Of a stretch of 64,000 bases of DNA, positions 19,890 to 29,565 are shown piece by piece. The notes under the pieces are model-generated. The model saw only the letters and a program-made list of their open reading frames with translations, ran no database searches and had not been told where the DNA came from. Numbering within the stretch: the first letter of the stretch is position 1; the number at the start of each line of letters is the position of its first letter. The translations under genes were made by a program, and so were the position numbers. Source of the DNA: Halobacteriales archaeon QS_5_68_33 (GTDB taxonomy: Archaea > Halobacteriota > Halobacteria > Halobacteriales > Haloarculaceae); NCBI GenBank assembly GCA_003023785.1, contig PXRS01000077.1, positions 57,033 to 121,032 of the forward strand, in the 5' to 3' direction.

Positions 19890-20153
19890 ATGAGCCTCAG
19901 ATCGGCTTTGAGCGGATCGTGGTACGTGACGATCCCGGTGCTCGCGTTCCTGGGCTGGCTGGTGTTGCGGATGCTGGCGGTGTACGACTTCGTCGCGTCG
20001 GCCGGCGCCGACGGGCCGTTCATCGGGCGGGCGCTGGTCCCGGGCGTCGTCGGCCTCGTCGTCATGGGGGCCGTGGTGCTCCTGTTCCTCGTGCTGTTCA
20101 GCGAACTGGGCGAGGCGTCGCCGGGGCCGTCGCCGTGGCCGCCCGAGGAATGA
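19890..20153 (+). CDS. small membrane protein
   Basis: Two TM segments; TATA-like TTTTA just upstream; alternative ATG at 19869. Confidence 0.7.
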   Translation: MSLRSALSGSWYVTIPVLAFLGWLVLRMLAVYDFVASAGADGPFIGRALVPGVVGLVVMGAVVLLFLVLFSELGEASPGPSPWPPEE

Positions 20154-20293
20154 CGCAGTTCGAGTGCGCGGAGTGCGGCCAGCTAAGTCGGTTCCCGCCC
20201 GGGGACCGCGCGGAGTTCCGGATGGACTGTCCCGTCTGCGGCGAGGAGACGACCTGGCGCCGCGCGTTCGAGGGCGAGGGGGTGTCCTTTTGA
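20150..20293 (+). CDS. CPxCG-type micro zinc finger (47 aa)
   Basis: MTQFECAECG...DCPVCGEE; translationally coupled to the upstream gene. Confidence 0.75.
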   Translation: MTQFECAECGQLSRFPPGDRAEFRMDCPVCGEETTWRRAFEGEGVSF

Positions 20294-20643
20294 CCGACCA
20301 CATCGCCTTCGAGGTCGACGACCGCTTCCGGGCGGCCGCCGAGGAGTGGGGCGACTCCCGGCTGATGGACTTCGAGGACGCCATGGAGTCGAAGGCCGAA
20401 CAGGCGCTCCTGGAGATCGAACACCTGGTTTCGGACGCGACCGAGGTGGAGTTCGCGGTCGAGGGTGCGACCGTTCGACACTACCCCAGCGACGAACTCG
20501 CGGCGTTTCTCGAACGGCAGGCCGGGGAGACGGGGCTGGACGAGAGCACGCTGTTGAAACTCCACGTCGACCTGTTCGCGCGGGTCTTCCTCGACGAGGA
20601 CACCCAGCGACCGCCGAACGCGCCGCCGACCGACGATTTCTGA
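20290..20643 (+). CDS. hypothetical protein
   Basis: TTG start overlapping the upstream stop; acidic 117-aa product. Confidence 0.7.
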   Translation: MTDHIAFEVDDRFRAAAEEWGDSRLMDFEDAMESKAEQALLEIEHLVSDATEVEFAVEGATVRHYPSDELAAFLERQAGETGLDESTLLKLHVDLFARVFLDEDTQRPPNAPPTDDF

Positions 20644-20644
20644 C

Positions 20645-21886
20645 TTAGTTCTCGCCCGCGAACAGCGGGAACGAGCGGGCCTTGCGCGGCGGGACGTAGA
20701 AGTTCGCCCGCGACTGGACGGTGATGAACGCCAGGAGGCCGTTGTTCTTCCGGTCGGTGATGGCGGGGTGTTCGTCGCGCAGGTACCAGCCGTTCATCGC
20801 CTTGCGGGTCTTCCGGAAGTCGGCGAGGTCGCGCTGGAGCGCGAGGAAGTGGACACCGGCCTGTCCGCCGTCGACGGTGTTGAAGTCCCGCCGGAGGACG
20901 ACCGGTTCGCCGTCCTCGCGGGCGCGGGCGACCTTCTCGTGGTGGCCGACCCGCCCCTCCTCCTGGGCGTGTTCGCGGACCGCGTCGTCGAACGGGACGG
21001 TCCCCGCGAAGTCGGTGACGTCCTCGGGGGACACGTCCGACGCGAACATATGGGCGACCCTGTCAGGGACGTCGAAGTCGTTCCACCACCGGTCCAGGTC
21101 CTCGGTGAGGTGGCTCAGGTGCATCGTCGTCCCGCCGGCGAACGGACCGTCCCGGATCGCGACGCGGTCCTCGCTGGCCTGGGTCCCCTTGCGCCCGGAG
21201 AAGAAGCCGGTGAACATCGGGTCCTCGGCCGAGAGCGCACCCGTCGGGATCCCCTCGGCGTGGGCGTGCTCCCTGGGGAGTCCCTCGCCCATGAAGCCTG
21301 TGCGCCGCGCCGACACGGAGAAGGCGTCGCCGAGGCGGACCTCGACGGGTTCGCCGTTCAGTTCGTCGCGGTCCCCGAACAGCGCGTTCTCGACGGCGGT
21401 CAGGTGCGACGGCGTGTCGCTCTCGAGGACCAGCGCCGCGTCGAACGACAGAAGGTCGGGGTCATCCGTCCGCGAGAGGACCTCCGGGCGCTCGATGGGG
21501 GCGCGCTCCAGTTCGCCGATGCGCTCGAAGTAGTCGGTCCCCCACGCGAGCATGTGGAGGAGGCCGTCGGGTGCCCACTCGAAGGCCGCCTCCAGGGTGC
21601 GCATCGACCGCTCGACGGCGCGGGCCGCCTCGTTCGACGGGGCGACGTCCAGCGACAACAGGAGCACGCGGTGGTACTGGGGGGCCAACGGGTTCCCGGC
21701 GGAGTCCGTCGGGAGGAACTCGTTGTGTCCGAACTGCGTCTCGGGGAGCGCGTCGGCGTGGGGGTTGGCCGCCAGTCCCGGGACGCCCTCGCCGGGCCCG
21801 GGGTCTAACATCCGACTGCATCCCGTGAGCCCGGCCGCTCCCGAGGCCACGGCCAGTCGCCGGAGGACTGCTCGCCTGCTGGTCAC
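20645..21886 (-). CDS. Tat lipoprotein, DyP-type peroxidase-like
   Basis: SRRAVL...LTGC lipobox; VGHHEK and VLRRDF..GVHFLALQ resemble the DyP C-terminus. Confidence 0.72.
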   Translation of the reverse strand: MTSRRAVLRRLAVASGAAGLTGCSRMLDPGPGEGVPGLAANPHADALPETQFGHNEFLPTDSAGNPLAPQYHRVLLLSLDVAPSNEAARAVERSMRTLEAAFEWAPDGLLHMLAWGTDYFERIGELERAPIERPEVLSRTDDPDLLSFDAALVLESDTPSHLTAVENALFGDRDELNGEPVEVRLGDAFSVSARRTGFMGEGLPREHAHAEGIPTGALSAEDPMFTGFFSGRKGTQASEDRVAIRDGPFAGGTTMHLSHLTEDLDRWWNDFDVPDRVAHMFASDVSPEDVTDFAGTVPFDDAVREHAQEEGRVGHHEKVARAREDGEPVVLRRDFNTVDGGQAGVHFLALQRDLADFRKTRKAMNGWYLRDEHPAITDRKNNGLLAFITVQSRANFYVPPRKARSFPLFAGEN

Positions 21887-22116
21887 GGGTTGCCCACCCT
21901 AGCGCTTAGACCACCAAAAGGGTGACTCACGCCCTGACCCTCCGGGATCCCGGCGGGGTGGTGCGGTCGGTGACCCCAGTGATGGCTCCGAGATACGTCC
22001 GGTGGAGCGGCTGACCGCCAGCCCCCGGGCGGGTCGCGCGCTCGCGAGGGCCGACTTATCTGCCAGGATAGAGGTGTGCGAGGGCTTTTGGTCTCAGATC
22101 CCCAACGAACGTGTGA

Positions 22117-22290
22117 ATGCCGTTCGTCCCGTCCGCCCCGGTGCACGTCGAACCCGAGTTGCCGCTGTCGACGGAGGCGGCGCTGCCGATCATGGCGCTC
22201 GGGGCGCTCGTGCTCGCCGTCGTCGCCTACGACGCCTACCGGGTGTACGGGGACCGGGTGGCACCGGAGACGAACTCAGACGATGTCTAA
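22117..22290 (+). CDS. small single-TM protein (57 aa)
   Basis: MPFVPSAPVHVEPELPLSTEAALPIMALGALVLAVVAYDAYRVYG...; overlaps the next start. Confidence 0.55.
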   Translation: MPFVPSAPVHVEPELPLSTEAALPIMALGALVLAVVAYDAYRVYGDRVAPETNSDDV

Positions 22291-22543
22291 CACGACAGCC
22301 CACCCCGTTCCGAAGCCGTTCAGGTACCTCAGGATCGCCGTCTACCTGCTGGCGTCCCTGGTCGGGCTCTCCCTGCTCGTCGTGGGGACCGTCGCGGTCA
22401 TCGCCGAACTGAAGGGGACCTGGCACTGGGCGATCCACCTCGAATCGACGATCAGCTACATGGGCGTCTTCGTCAGCTGGCTCCTGGTGGCGCTCGTGCC
22501 CCTGACCGTGGCGCTTTTCGTCGGGAGGGCGCTCTATGAGTGA
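22283..22543 (+). CDS. small membrane protein (2 TM)
   Basis: MSNTTAHPVPKPFRYLRIAVYLL...WHWAIHLE... Confidence 0.7.
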   Translation: MSNTTAHPVPKPFRYLRIAVYLLASLVGLSLLVVGTVAVIAELKGTWHWAIHLESTISYMGVFVSWLLVALVPLTVALFVGRALYE

Positions 22544-22769
22544 GCGCCGCGCCTCCCTGGCCGGGGTCGTCCCGGCGGCCGGCCTCGTCCTCGCCGTCTT
22601 CGGGGTGGGCGCCGTCGCGATGTACGCCGAGTCCCGGCGCGACTGGGGGAGTTACTTCCTGATGGAACGGGCCATGAGCGTCGGCGCCGACCTCGTGGTA
22701 CCGTTGCTGGTGCTCGCCCTTCTGGGCTGTTTCGCGCTCGTCGCCCTCGCCCCGCGCTTCGAGGAGTGA
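22536..22769 (+). CDS. small membrane protein (2 TM)
   Basis: Overlaps the upstream gene; hydrophobic 77-aa product. Confidence 0.68.
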   Translation: MSERRASLAGVVPAAGLVLAVFGVGAVAMYAESRRDWGSYFLMERAMSVGADLVVPLLVLALLGCFALVALAPRFEE

Positions 22770-22831
22770 CCGCCACGCCGGGGCCTGCACCGAACTTTTA
22801 TGCGGGCGGCCGGCCATTGAATTGCTAGAGC

Positions 22832-22966
22832 ATGTCACACCAGGACACGGGCTGGCGACCGACGACCGTCGAGACCTACGACGGGTTCGAGGTCCACGAC
22901 CACGGGGTCTGGCCGACGGAATTCAACCACGGCGAGGTCGACGGCGACGTCTCGCTCATCGAGTGA
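22832..22966 (+). CDS. small acidic protein (44 aa)
   Basis: MSHQDTGWRPTTVETYDGFEVHDHGVWPTEFNHGEVDGDVSLIE*; TTTTA about 35 nt upstream; GC-rich third codon positions. Confidence 0.5.
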   Translation: MSHQDTGWRPTTVETYDGFEVHDHGVWPTEFNHGEVDGDVSLIE

Positions 22967-22994
22967 TACGGTCAGTCGCTCGCCGCGGCCCCTC

Positions 22995-23627
22995 TCACCC
23001 CGGGACCATCTGGGCGACGAGTTCGTCCTCGAAGCTGAGGAGGCCGCGGAAGACGAGTCCGGCGGCCAGGAACAGGCCGGGGTCGGCCTCCTCGCGCAGC
23101 TCCGCGAGGAAGGGGTCGACCCACGGCAGGAGGTGCTCGTCGAGGAAGACCCGCTCGTAGCCGAAGGCCGCCTCCTCGCCGCCGCGCTGGCGCTCGACGA
23201 GGTGGCGCAGGAAGGCCAGTTCGACCGCAATGAAGTCGGCCTCCTCGGGGTAGTCCTCGGCGGGTTCCCAGCCCACGGCGGCGTAGCTCTCCTCGACGTC
23301 GGCGACGCCCTCCCCGAGGAAGTCCGCGTCCTCGCGGTAGTAGGTTTCGTGGGGCAACACCGGCGGCCGCGGCCCGACGAACAGCCGGGTGTACTCCCGT
23401 TCCAGTTCCCTCCGGACCGCGTCGACCTCGCGGTCGCGGTTGTCGGCGACCCACTCGTCGAGCATCGCGAACCCCTCGTCGAGGGTGGGCGTGACCGACT
23501 CCTCGGGCAACTCGACGTCGCCCGCGAGGAGGTTGGCGACGAAGGCCTCGGTCGGCGCGTCCCAGAAGGCCTCGACGAGGAAATCGAGCATCTCCAGGCG
23601 CGCCTCGTAGACCGCCCCGTCGTCCAT
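22995..23627 (-). CDS. TorD/DmsD family molybdoenzyme chaperone
   Basis: EYTRLFVGP, PHETYY, EEADFIAVELAFL, EHLLPW. Confidence 0.9.
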   Translation of the reverse strand: MDDGAVYEARLEMLDFLVEAFWDAPTEAFVANLLAGDVELPEESVTPTLDEGFAMLDEWVADNRDREVDAVRRELEREYTRLFVGPRPPVLPHETYYREDADFLGEGVADVEESYAAVGWEPAEDYPEEADFIAVELAFLRHLVERQRGGEEAAFGYERVFLDEHLLPWVDPFLAELREEADPGLFLAAGLVFRGLLSFEDELVAQMVPG

Positions 23628-25825
23628 CAGCGCCCACCCCCCTCGAACAGGAGCGTGGCGCGACAGTCGCCGCAGTACTCGAAGATGCTGTGCTCGCTCT
23701 CGGGGGCGATCCCCTCGACGAGGTCGCCGACCTCCGCCTCGATGGCCGCGGCGGTGCCGGCGCTCGCGAACGCTTTCCCGCACCGGACGCACTCCAGCAT
23801 CTCGCCGTCGTGGACCCGGGTCCACTCCGGGTCCTCGCCCTTCCGATTCTCGGGCAATAGCGACAGGTCGAGGCCGTCTTCCATGGTGATGGCCGTTTCG
23901 GGACAGCCCTCCTCGCAGAGCCCGCAGTTGACACAGCGCTCGTGGTTGAACTCCAGGTCGGCGTCCTCGGTGCGGCGGATGGCGTCGGTCGGGCACAGCG
24001 TCGAGCAGGTCGGCGTGAGATTACAGGCGTCGGAGACGTCCATCCGGCCGAAGTCCTTCAGCCCGCGGACCACCTCCCGCTCCGGGTCGGCGTGCTCGAC
24101 GATCCGGCGGACGCTCTCCAGGGTCCACTCGTGGCTGTTGAACGGCGGCCGGTCGGTGCGGGCGCCTCCGGGGGCGGTGGGCGCTCCGGCGGCGGTCCCG
24201 CCGTCGGTGGCCACGGCGTCGGACCCGTGGCCGCTGTGTGCCACGCCCGCGGCCTCGTAGCCGTCGCTCGGGACCGGCGACTCGTCGAGGCCGACCGCGA
24301 ACGTCGAGAGGGCCTCGACGAACGCGCCGGGGTCGTCGGCGCCGGGTGCGAAGAACCCGACGCGCTCGCCGAGGCCGAGGTCCCGCGTCGCGCGACCGAG
24401 GCGGTCGACGAGCGCCGTCTTCGGGTCGGGCCCGGAGTGGAGACAGTCCCCGCCACAGCCGACGATGGCGACGCCGTCGGCGCCGGCGGCGAGCGCGTGC
24501 ATCACGTGGGCTTCGCCGACCGTGTCCGTGCAGTTGACCTCTACGGGCAGGACCGGCGGGTACGCCAAGTCCTCGCCCGAGCGCGCCCGCCGGCCGTACG
24601 TGCGGAGTCGCTCGCGTGCGCGCTCCGAGCAGACGAACGCGACGACCTCCCGTTCGATGGCGGCGTCGGACCCCCAGGGGAGCCAGCCGCCGTCGTCGGT
24701 CCCGGTCGAGAGCAGCGCCTCCACCTCGCGGGCGATTCGCTCGTTGCCGGGTTCGCGGAGTTTCGTCGCGCCCGTCGGGCAGGCGCTCGTACACGCGCCG
24801 CAGTTCTGACAGGAGACGGGGTCGAACGACACCTCGTCGACGGCGACACGGTCGACCGCGCCGTGGGGGCAGGCGTCCGAGCAGGCGGTACACCCCTGCT
24901 GGCTCGACTCGCCCGCGGCACAGACGTTCATCTCCAGGTCGAGGAAGGCCGGCCGCTCGACGCCGCCGCAGTTCGAGACCACCGCCGAGACCGTCTCGGC
25001 GTCGACCGGACCGGTGTAAAATCCCAGCTGACCGCCGCGGGCCGGCGTCTCGTCGTCCGGGAAGACCACCTGGTCGAACTCCAGCGTCCGGGTGACCCCC
25101 TCCAGGTCGATGGCGTCGGTGGGACAGACCTCGACCCACTCGCCGTCCGGGGCGTCCGGGTCGATATCGACGGGCGCCGAGGTTACCTGTCCGTCGGGGC
25201 CCTCGTGGACGCAGTCCATGCAGGCGATGCAGTCCTCGGTGACGCGGGCCTCGACGGTCACCGCGAACTCGCCGTAGGACCCGGCGACGTCGAGGACGCG
25301 GCCGCGCTCGACGGTCACGTCGTCGAGGCCCTCGGCGTCGCTGAAATCGCGGCCGTCGGCGACCAGGGTGACCTCGGCCGACTCGGCCAGCGAGCGCGCG
25401 GCCTCGGGGTCGCCGACGACGGCGACGGCGTCGCCGGCCTCGCGGGAGACGGTCCGGGAGACGGCCTCCTCGCGGCGGCCGGCGACGGTCGCGTTTATCA
25501 CCCGCGCGGTTTTCTCGGTCGCCGCCTCGCTGTCGTGGACCCACGCCGCCTCCTCGCGGTGGTTGACGAAAGCGGCCGCCTCCGGGTGGAGGTCGGCCGT
25601 CTCGACGAACCGCCGGATGCGGCGCTGACAGGACCGGTCCGGCGCGGTCACGACGAGTTCGTCCAGGTCGTACTCGTCGACGACCTGCGCCATCGCGTCG
25701 AGCCCGTCCTGACAGAGCAGTTCCGAACTCGCCACCACGTCCACGTCACGCACGCCGTCCCGGACCCCTTCGAGGTCGACGTCACACGACCCGCCACACG
25801 AGCAGACGAATGCCCCGACGTTCAT
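23627..25825 (-). CDS. polyferredoxin with HdrA-like N-terminus and MvhD/FlpD-like domain
   Basis: VGAFVCSCG N-terminus; several CxxCxxCxxxCP motifs; VNCTDTV...ALAAGADGVAIVGC..DC. Confidence 0.82.
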   Translation of the reverse strand: MNVGAFVCSCGGSCDVDLEGVRDGVRDVDVVASSELLCQDGLDAMAQVVDEYDLDELVVTAPDRSCQRRIRRFVETADLHPEAAAFVNHREEAAWVHDSEAATEKTARVINATVAGRREEAVSRTVSREAGDAVAVVGDPEAARSLAESAEVTLVADGRDFSDAEGLDDVTVERGRVLDVAGSYGEFAVTVEARVTEDCIACMDCVHEGPDGQVTSAPVDIDPDAPDGEWVEVCPTDAIDLEGVTRTLEFDQVVFPDDETPARGGQLGFYTGPVDAETVSAVVSNCGGVERPAFLDLEMNVCAAGESSQQGCTACSDACPHGAVDRVAVDEVSFDPVSCQNCGACTSACPTGATKLREPGNERIAREVEALLSTGTDDGGWLPWGSDAAIEREVVAFVCSERARERLRTYGRRARSGEDLAYPPVLPVEVNCTDTVGEAHVMHALAAGADGVAIVGCGGDCLHSGPDPKTALVDRLGRATRDLGLGERVGFFAPGADDPGAFVEALSTFAVGLDESPVPSDGYEAAGVAHSGHGSDAVATDGGTAAGAPTAPGGARTDRPPFNSHEWTLESVRRIVEHADPEREVVRGLKDFGRMDVSDACNLTPTCSTLCPTDAIRRTEDADLEFNHERCVNCGLCEEGCPETAITMEDGLDLSLLPENRKGEDPEWTRVHDGEMLECVRCGKAFASAGTAAAIEAEVGDLVEGIAPESEHSIFEYCGDCRATLLFEGGGR

Positions 25826-25865
25826 CGGTCGTGGTTCGTGATAGCACACCTAAAGGGTTTGGTCA

Positions 25866-25943
25866 TACTGCCGGCTGTAAGTCTGTCAAGAATTTCGCCG
25901 CCCCGGAGCGGCGAATATCCTCACGGAGTTACAGCCGGCAGTA
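25866..25943. mobile_element. MITE-like element, variant C (78 bp)
   Basis: Perfect 15-bp TIR TACTGCCGGCTGTAA, flanked by TCA...TCA; internal hairpin TTCGCCGC/GCGGCGAA. Confidence 0.8.
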
Positions 25944-26161
25944 TCAGCGGCCCGGACCGAACCCGCGTCCCGGAAGCCGGCATCAGACTGCGCCCGCGGG
26001 CGACCCCGGTTTCTGCCGCTCTCCGGACAACATGATAACATACTTTTTGCTTTTCGGTCAAACATTGCCGGGCATTTATCATAGATGCCACGCTATTGTA
26101 GTGCTAGTTGGTATCGAGTGGCAAAGAAACGGTGGAAGACGGTTCAGACAGACCAAACGAA

Positions 26162-29100
26162 ATGAGTTCAGAACCGGTATCACTCGACCTCGACCGGCGC
26201 TCGTTCATGAAAGCGAGCGCGCTGGCAGGCGGGGTAGTTCTCGGCGGGAGCGGAGTTGGACAGGCCCTCTCCGGGCGCACGGAGCAGGTCGACGGCGCAG
26301 ACACGGACGCGGAACTGACAAAGACCATCTGCAACTACTGTTCGGTCGGTTGCGGATTCCACGGCGAGCGCAAGGGCGACTCGTTCGTCGGGATGGAACC
26401 CTGGGAGGAACACCCCATCAACGCGGGGTCGCTCTGTTCCAAGGGGGCAGGCATCTACGAGACCGAACACTCCGAGAAGCGCCTCAAACACCCGATGATC
26501 CAGGAGGACGGCGAGTGGCACAAGCTCTCCTGGTCGGGGGCCTACGACCGCCTGGCGACCGACATCCGGGCGCTGTGGCCCGACGACGACACCAGCCCCT
26601 CGGAGGCGGTCGACGTCGACAGCGAGGCCAGCCGCGAGAGCGTCATGGTCCTGGGGAGCGCCCACCACTCCAACGAGGAGTCCTACGCTATCCGGAAGCT
26701 GGCGGCGTTCATGGGGACGAACAACATCGACCACCAGGCGCGCATCTGCCACTCCACGACGGTCGCTGGCCTCGCCAACACCTGGGGCTACGGTGCGATG
26801 ACCAACACGGTCACGGACTACCGGAACTTCGAACTGGACATCATCATCGGGCAGAACCCGGCCGAGGCCCACCCCATCGCGATGCAACACATCCTCGAGG
26901 GGCAGGCCCGCGGCGGTGACATCCTCGTCCTCGACCCCCGATTCACGAAGACGGCGGCCCACGCTGACGAGTTCATCCGGTTCCGGCCGGGGACCGACGT
27001 GGCGCTGATGATGGGCGTCATCAAGGACCTCCGGGACCGGCACGGCCTCGCGATGGACACGGACGCGGACGAGACGGGGCAGAACATGCTCACCGACCGC
27101 GTCCAGGGCTGGGAGGACGTCGACGCGGAACTCGACCGGTACGACAAGGAGACCGTCGCGGACATCACGTGGGTCTCCGAGGCGGACATCGAGCGGATCG
27201 CCGACATGATCCACGAAGCGCGCCCGCACGTCCAGATCGAGTGGGCGATGGGTGGCACCCAGCACAACAACGGCACCCAGAACATCCGCTCGTACGCCGC
27301 CGCGAGTCTCGCCTCCGGGAGCGCGGCCCGCAGCGGCGGCGGCCTGCAGGTCATGCGCGGGCACGCCAACGTCCAGGGCGCGACCGACCTCGCAGTGGCC
27401 AGTCACATCCTCCCGGGGTACTACGGGCTCACCCCGGGGGGCTGGTCCTGGTGGGCCGACATCTGGGACCTGAACCCCTACACCAGCGGGTCGACATCCT
27501 TCAAGGACCTCTACAGGAAGTTCGAGTTCCTCTCGCCCGAGAAGTTCGGCCGCCAGACCCCTGCGTTCCGGGAGGAGGAAGTGACCAACCTCCCGACATC
27601 CCACGACGACGAGGGACACAGCGCCGACGACCCGGCGACCAATTCGATGATGTTCCAGAACGGGTTGACGGTCGCCCGCTGGTTCGAGGCCGCCCTGGAC
27701 CAGGGAGACAGGTACCAGGAGACGCCGATCTACCAGCCCGACCAGGTGAAGATCGCCGTCTTCTGGGGCCACTCGGCCAACTCCATCAGCGAGATGGAGC
27801 AGATGAAAGCGGGCATGGAGAACCTGGACCTCCTCGTGGTGATCGACATCTTCCCGGGCGTCGCGACGGTGTTGCCCGACTACGAGGAGGGGCCACCGGT
27901 GCTCGTGTTGCCGGCCTCGAGCCAGTACGAGCACTACCGCTCGCTGACGAACACGAACCGGTCGGTCCAGTGGTCCGAGCCGGTCTCCAAGCCCAAGCAC
28001 AACTCGCGGCCCGACCTGCAGATCATGCAGGAACTGGCCGACCACCTGGGGTTCGGCGAGCATTTCGACTGGGGACAGGGCCCCGAGATGCACAACGGGA
28101 AGTCCAGCTACGAGGACGTCATCCGCGAGTTCAACCTGGGCACGATGACGATCGGGTACCGGCAGACGCCGGAACGGCTCCAGCAACACCTGGAGTACGA
28201 CTACGCGTTCTCCAACGACGACCTCAAGGGCGCCGCGGGGACGCCCGTCGCGGGCGAGTACTGGATGCTCCCCTGGCCCTGCTGGGGCGAGGGCCACCCG
28301 GGAACGCCGATCATCTGGAACGACGACATGGACCCCAACGACGGCGGACAGGACTTCCGGACCCGCTGGGGGCTCAAGGCACCGACGCCCGAGGAGTGGG
28401 AGGACGTGCCGGACCAGGACTACCCGCTCCAGGAGACGGTCGACGCCGTCGGCGACCGCTACGACAGCCGGGAGGAGGCGCTGGACATGACCCGCGCTCC
28501 GTACGTCCCCGACTGGGCCAGCGACGAGGACCTGGCGGACGACGGCCAGATCCACGGCGTCCCGGAGTATCCCGGGTGGAAAACGACGCCGCCGGAGAGC
28601 CTCATCGACCCGGGCCGGGAGGTCCAGCCCGACGAGCTGACGATCCCACAGCGCCACGCGCTGGACAACGACCGTTCGGTCTTCACTGCCGCACAGGCGC
28701 TCGACGATCCCGACACCGGGAGCGAGGCGTTCGACGAGCACCTCAGCGAGAAGATCTCCCCCAGCGTCGACCCGTCGATCTACGAGGAGTACGATTACAG
28801 ACAGCCCGACGCCCCGACCGGTCGCGGGCGGGCACGAGCCGTCGCCTGGAATTTCCTCGACACGGTGCCGGTCCACCGCGAGCCCATCGAGAGCCCGCGG
28901 CCGGACCTGGTCGAGGAGTGGCCCGCCAACGGCCAGCAGCTGAACTTCTACCGCCTCGACCAGAACAACGCCGCGGAACAGCAGCGGGCGATGGACATCA
29001 TCCACAACCAGGACGACGGGCCGGACCTGGACACCATCATGACGACCGGCAGACAGGTCGAACACCAGGGGGGCGGTTCGGAGACGCGGTCGAACATCCA

Positions 29101-29554
29101 CACCGCCGACCTGCAACCGCACATGTACGCCGAGATCACGCCGGCCAAGGCCGAGGAACTCGGCGTCGACGGCGGCGACCTCGTCGTCATCACCTCGACC
29201 GACCGCGGGTCGGTCCTCGTGAAGGCCCGGGTGACCGACCGCCCCAACGACGAGGAAGTGTTCCTCCCGTTCCACTGGGGCGGGGTCTTCAAGGGCAAGA
29301 GCCAGGAGGACCAGTACCCGCCGGGTACCGTTCCCTACGCCATCGGCGACTCGGCGAACGCCATCACATCGCGGGGTTATGACGTCGAGACCCAGATGCA
29401 GGAGACGAAGGTGTCGATGGTCGGCGTCCGCCCGGCGACGGACGAACTGCTCGAGGAACTCAACATGGACGTCGACATGGAGTTCCCGCAGGACCGCGAG
29501 GACGTCGGCGGGCAGAAGAACTTCGACGTCCGTGACGGGAGCACGGTCCAGTGA
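26162..29554 (+). CDS. Tat-exported formate dehydrogenase catalytic subunit (FdnG-like)
   Basis: DRRSFMK Tat motif, CNYCSVGC...C, DHQARICHS (Cys where FdnG has Sec), RGHANVQG, QETK. Confidence 0.92.
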   Translation: MSSEPVSLDLDRRSFMKASALAGGVVLGGSGVGQALSGRTEQVDGADTDAELTKTICNYCSVGCGFHGERKGDSFVGMEPWEEHPINAGSLCSKGAGIYETEHSEKRLKHPMIQEDGEWHKLSWSGAYDRLATDIRALWPDDDTSPSEAVDVDSEASRESVMVLGSAHHSNEESYAIRKLAAFMGTNNIDHQARICHSTTVAGLANTWGYGAMTNTVTDYRNFELDIIIGQNPAEAHPIAMQHILEGQARGGDILVLDPRFTKTAAHADEFIRFRPGTDVALMMGVIKDLRDRHGLAMDTDADETGQNMLTDRVQGWEDVDAELDRYDKETVADITWVSEADIERIADMIHEARPHVQIEWAMGGTQHNNGTQNIRSYAAASLASGSAARSGGGLQVMRGHANVQGATDLAVASHILPGYYGLTPGGWSWWADIWDLNPYTSGSTSFKDLYRKFEFLSPEKFGRQTPAFREEEVTNLPTSHDDEGHSADDPATNSMMFQNGLTVARWFEAALDQGDRYQETPIYQPDQVKIAVFWGHSANSISEMEQMKAGMENLDLLVVIDIFPGVATVLPDYEEGPPVLVLPASSQYEHYRSLTNTNRSVQWSEPVSKPKHNSRPDLQIMQELADHLGFGEHFDWGQGPEMHNGKSSYEDVIREFNLGTMTIGYRQTPERLQQHLEYDYAFSNDDLKGAAGTPVAGEYWMLPWPCWGEGHPGTPIIWNDDMDPNDGGQDFRTRWGLKAPTPEEWEDVPDQDYPLQETVDAVGDRYDSREEALDMTRAPYVPDWASDEDLADDGQIHGVPEYPGWKTTPPESLIDPGREVQPDELTIPQRHALDNDRSVFTAAQALDDPDTGSEAFDEHLSEKISPSVDPSIYEEYDYRQPDAPTGRGRARAVAWNFLDTVPVHREPIESPRPDLVEEWPANGQQLNFYRLDQNNAAEQQRAMDIIHNQDDGPDLDTIMTTGRQVEHQGGGSETRSNIHTADLQPHMYAEITPAKAEELGVDGGDLVVITSTDRGSVLVKARVTDRPNDEEVFLPFHWGGVFKGKSQEDQYPPGTVPYAIGDSANAITSRGYDVETQMQETKVSMVGVRPATDELLEELNMDVDMEFPQDREDVGGQKNFDVRDGSTVQ

Positions 29555-29565
29555 GGTGACCACGA

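Noticed and set aside
15091..29554. Selenocysteine in either FDH
   Set aside because: Both active sites encode Cys (RMCH, RICH) with no in-frame TGA
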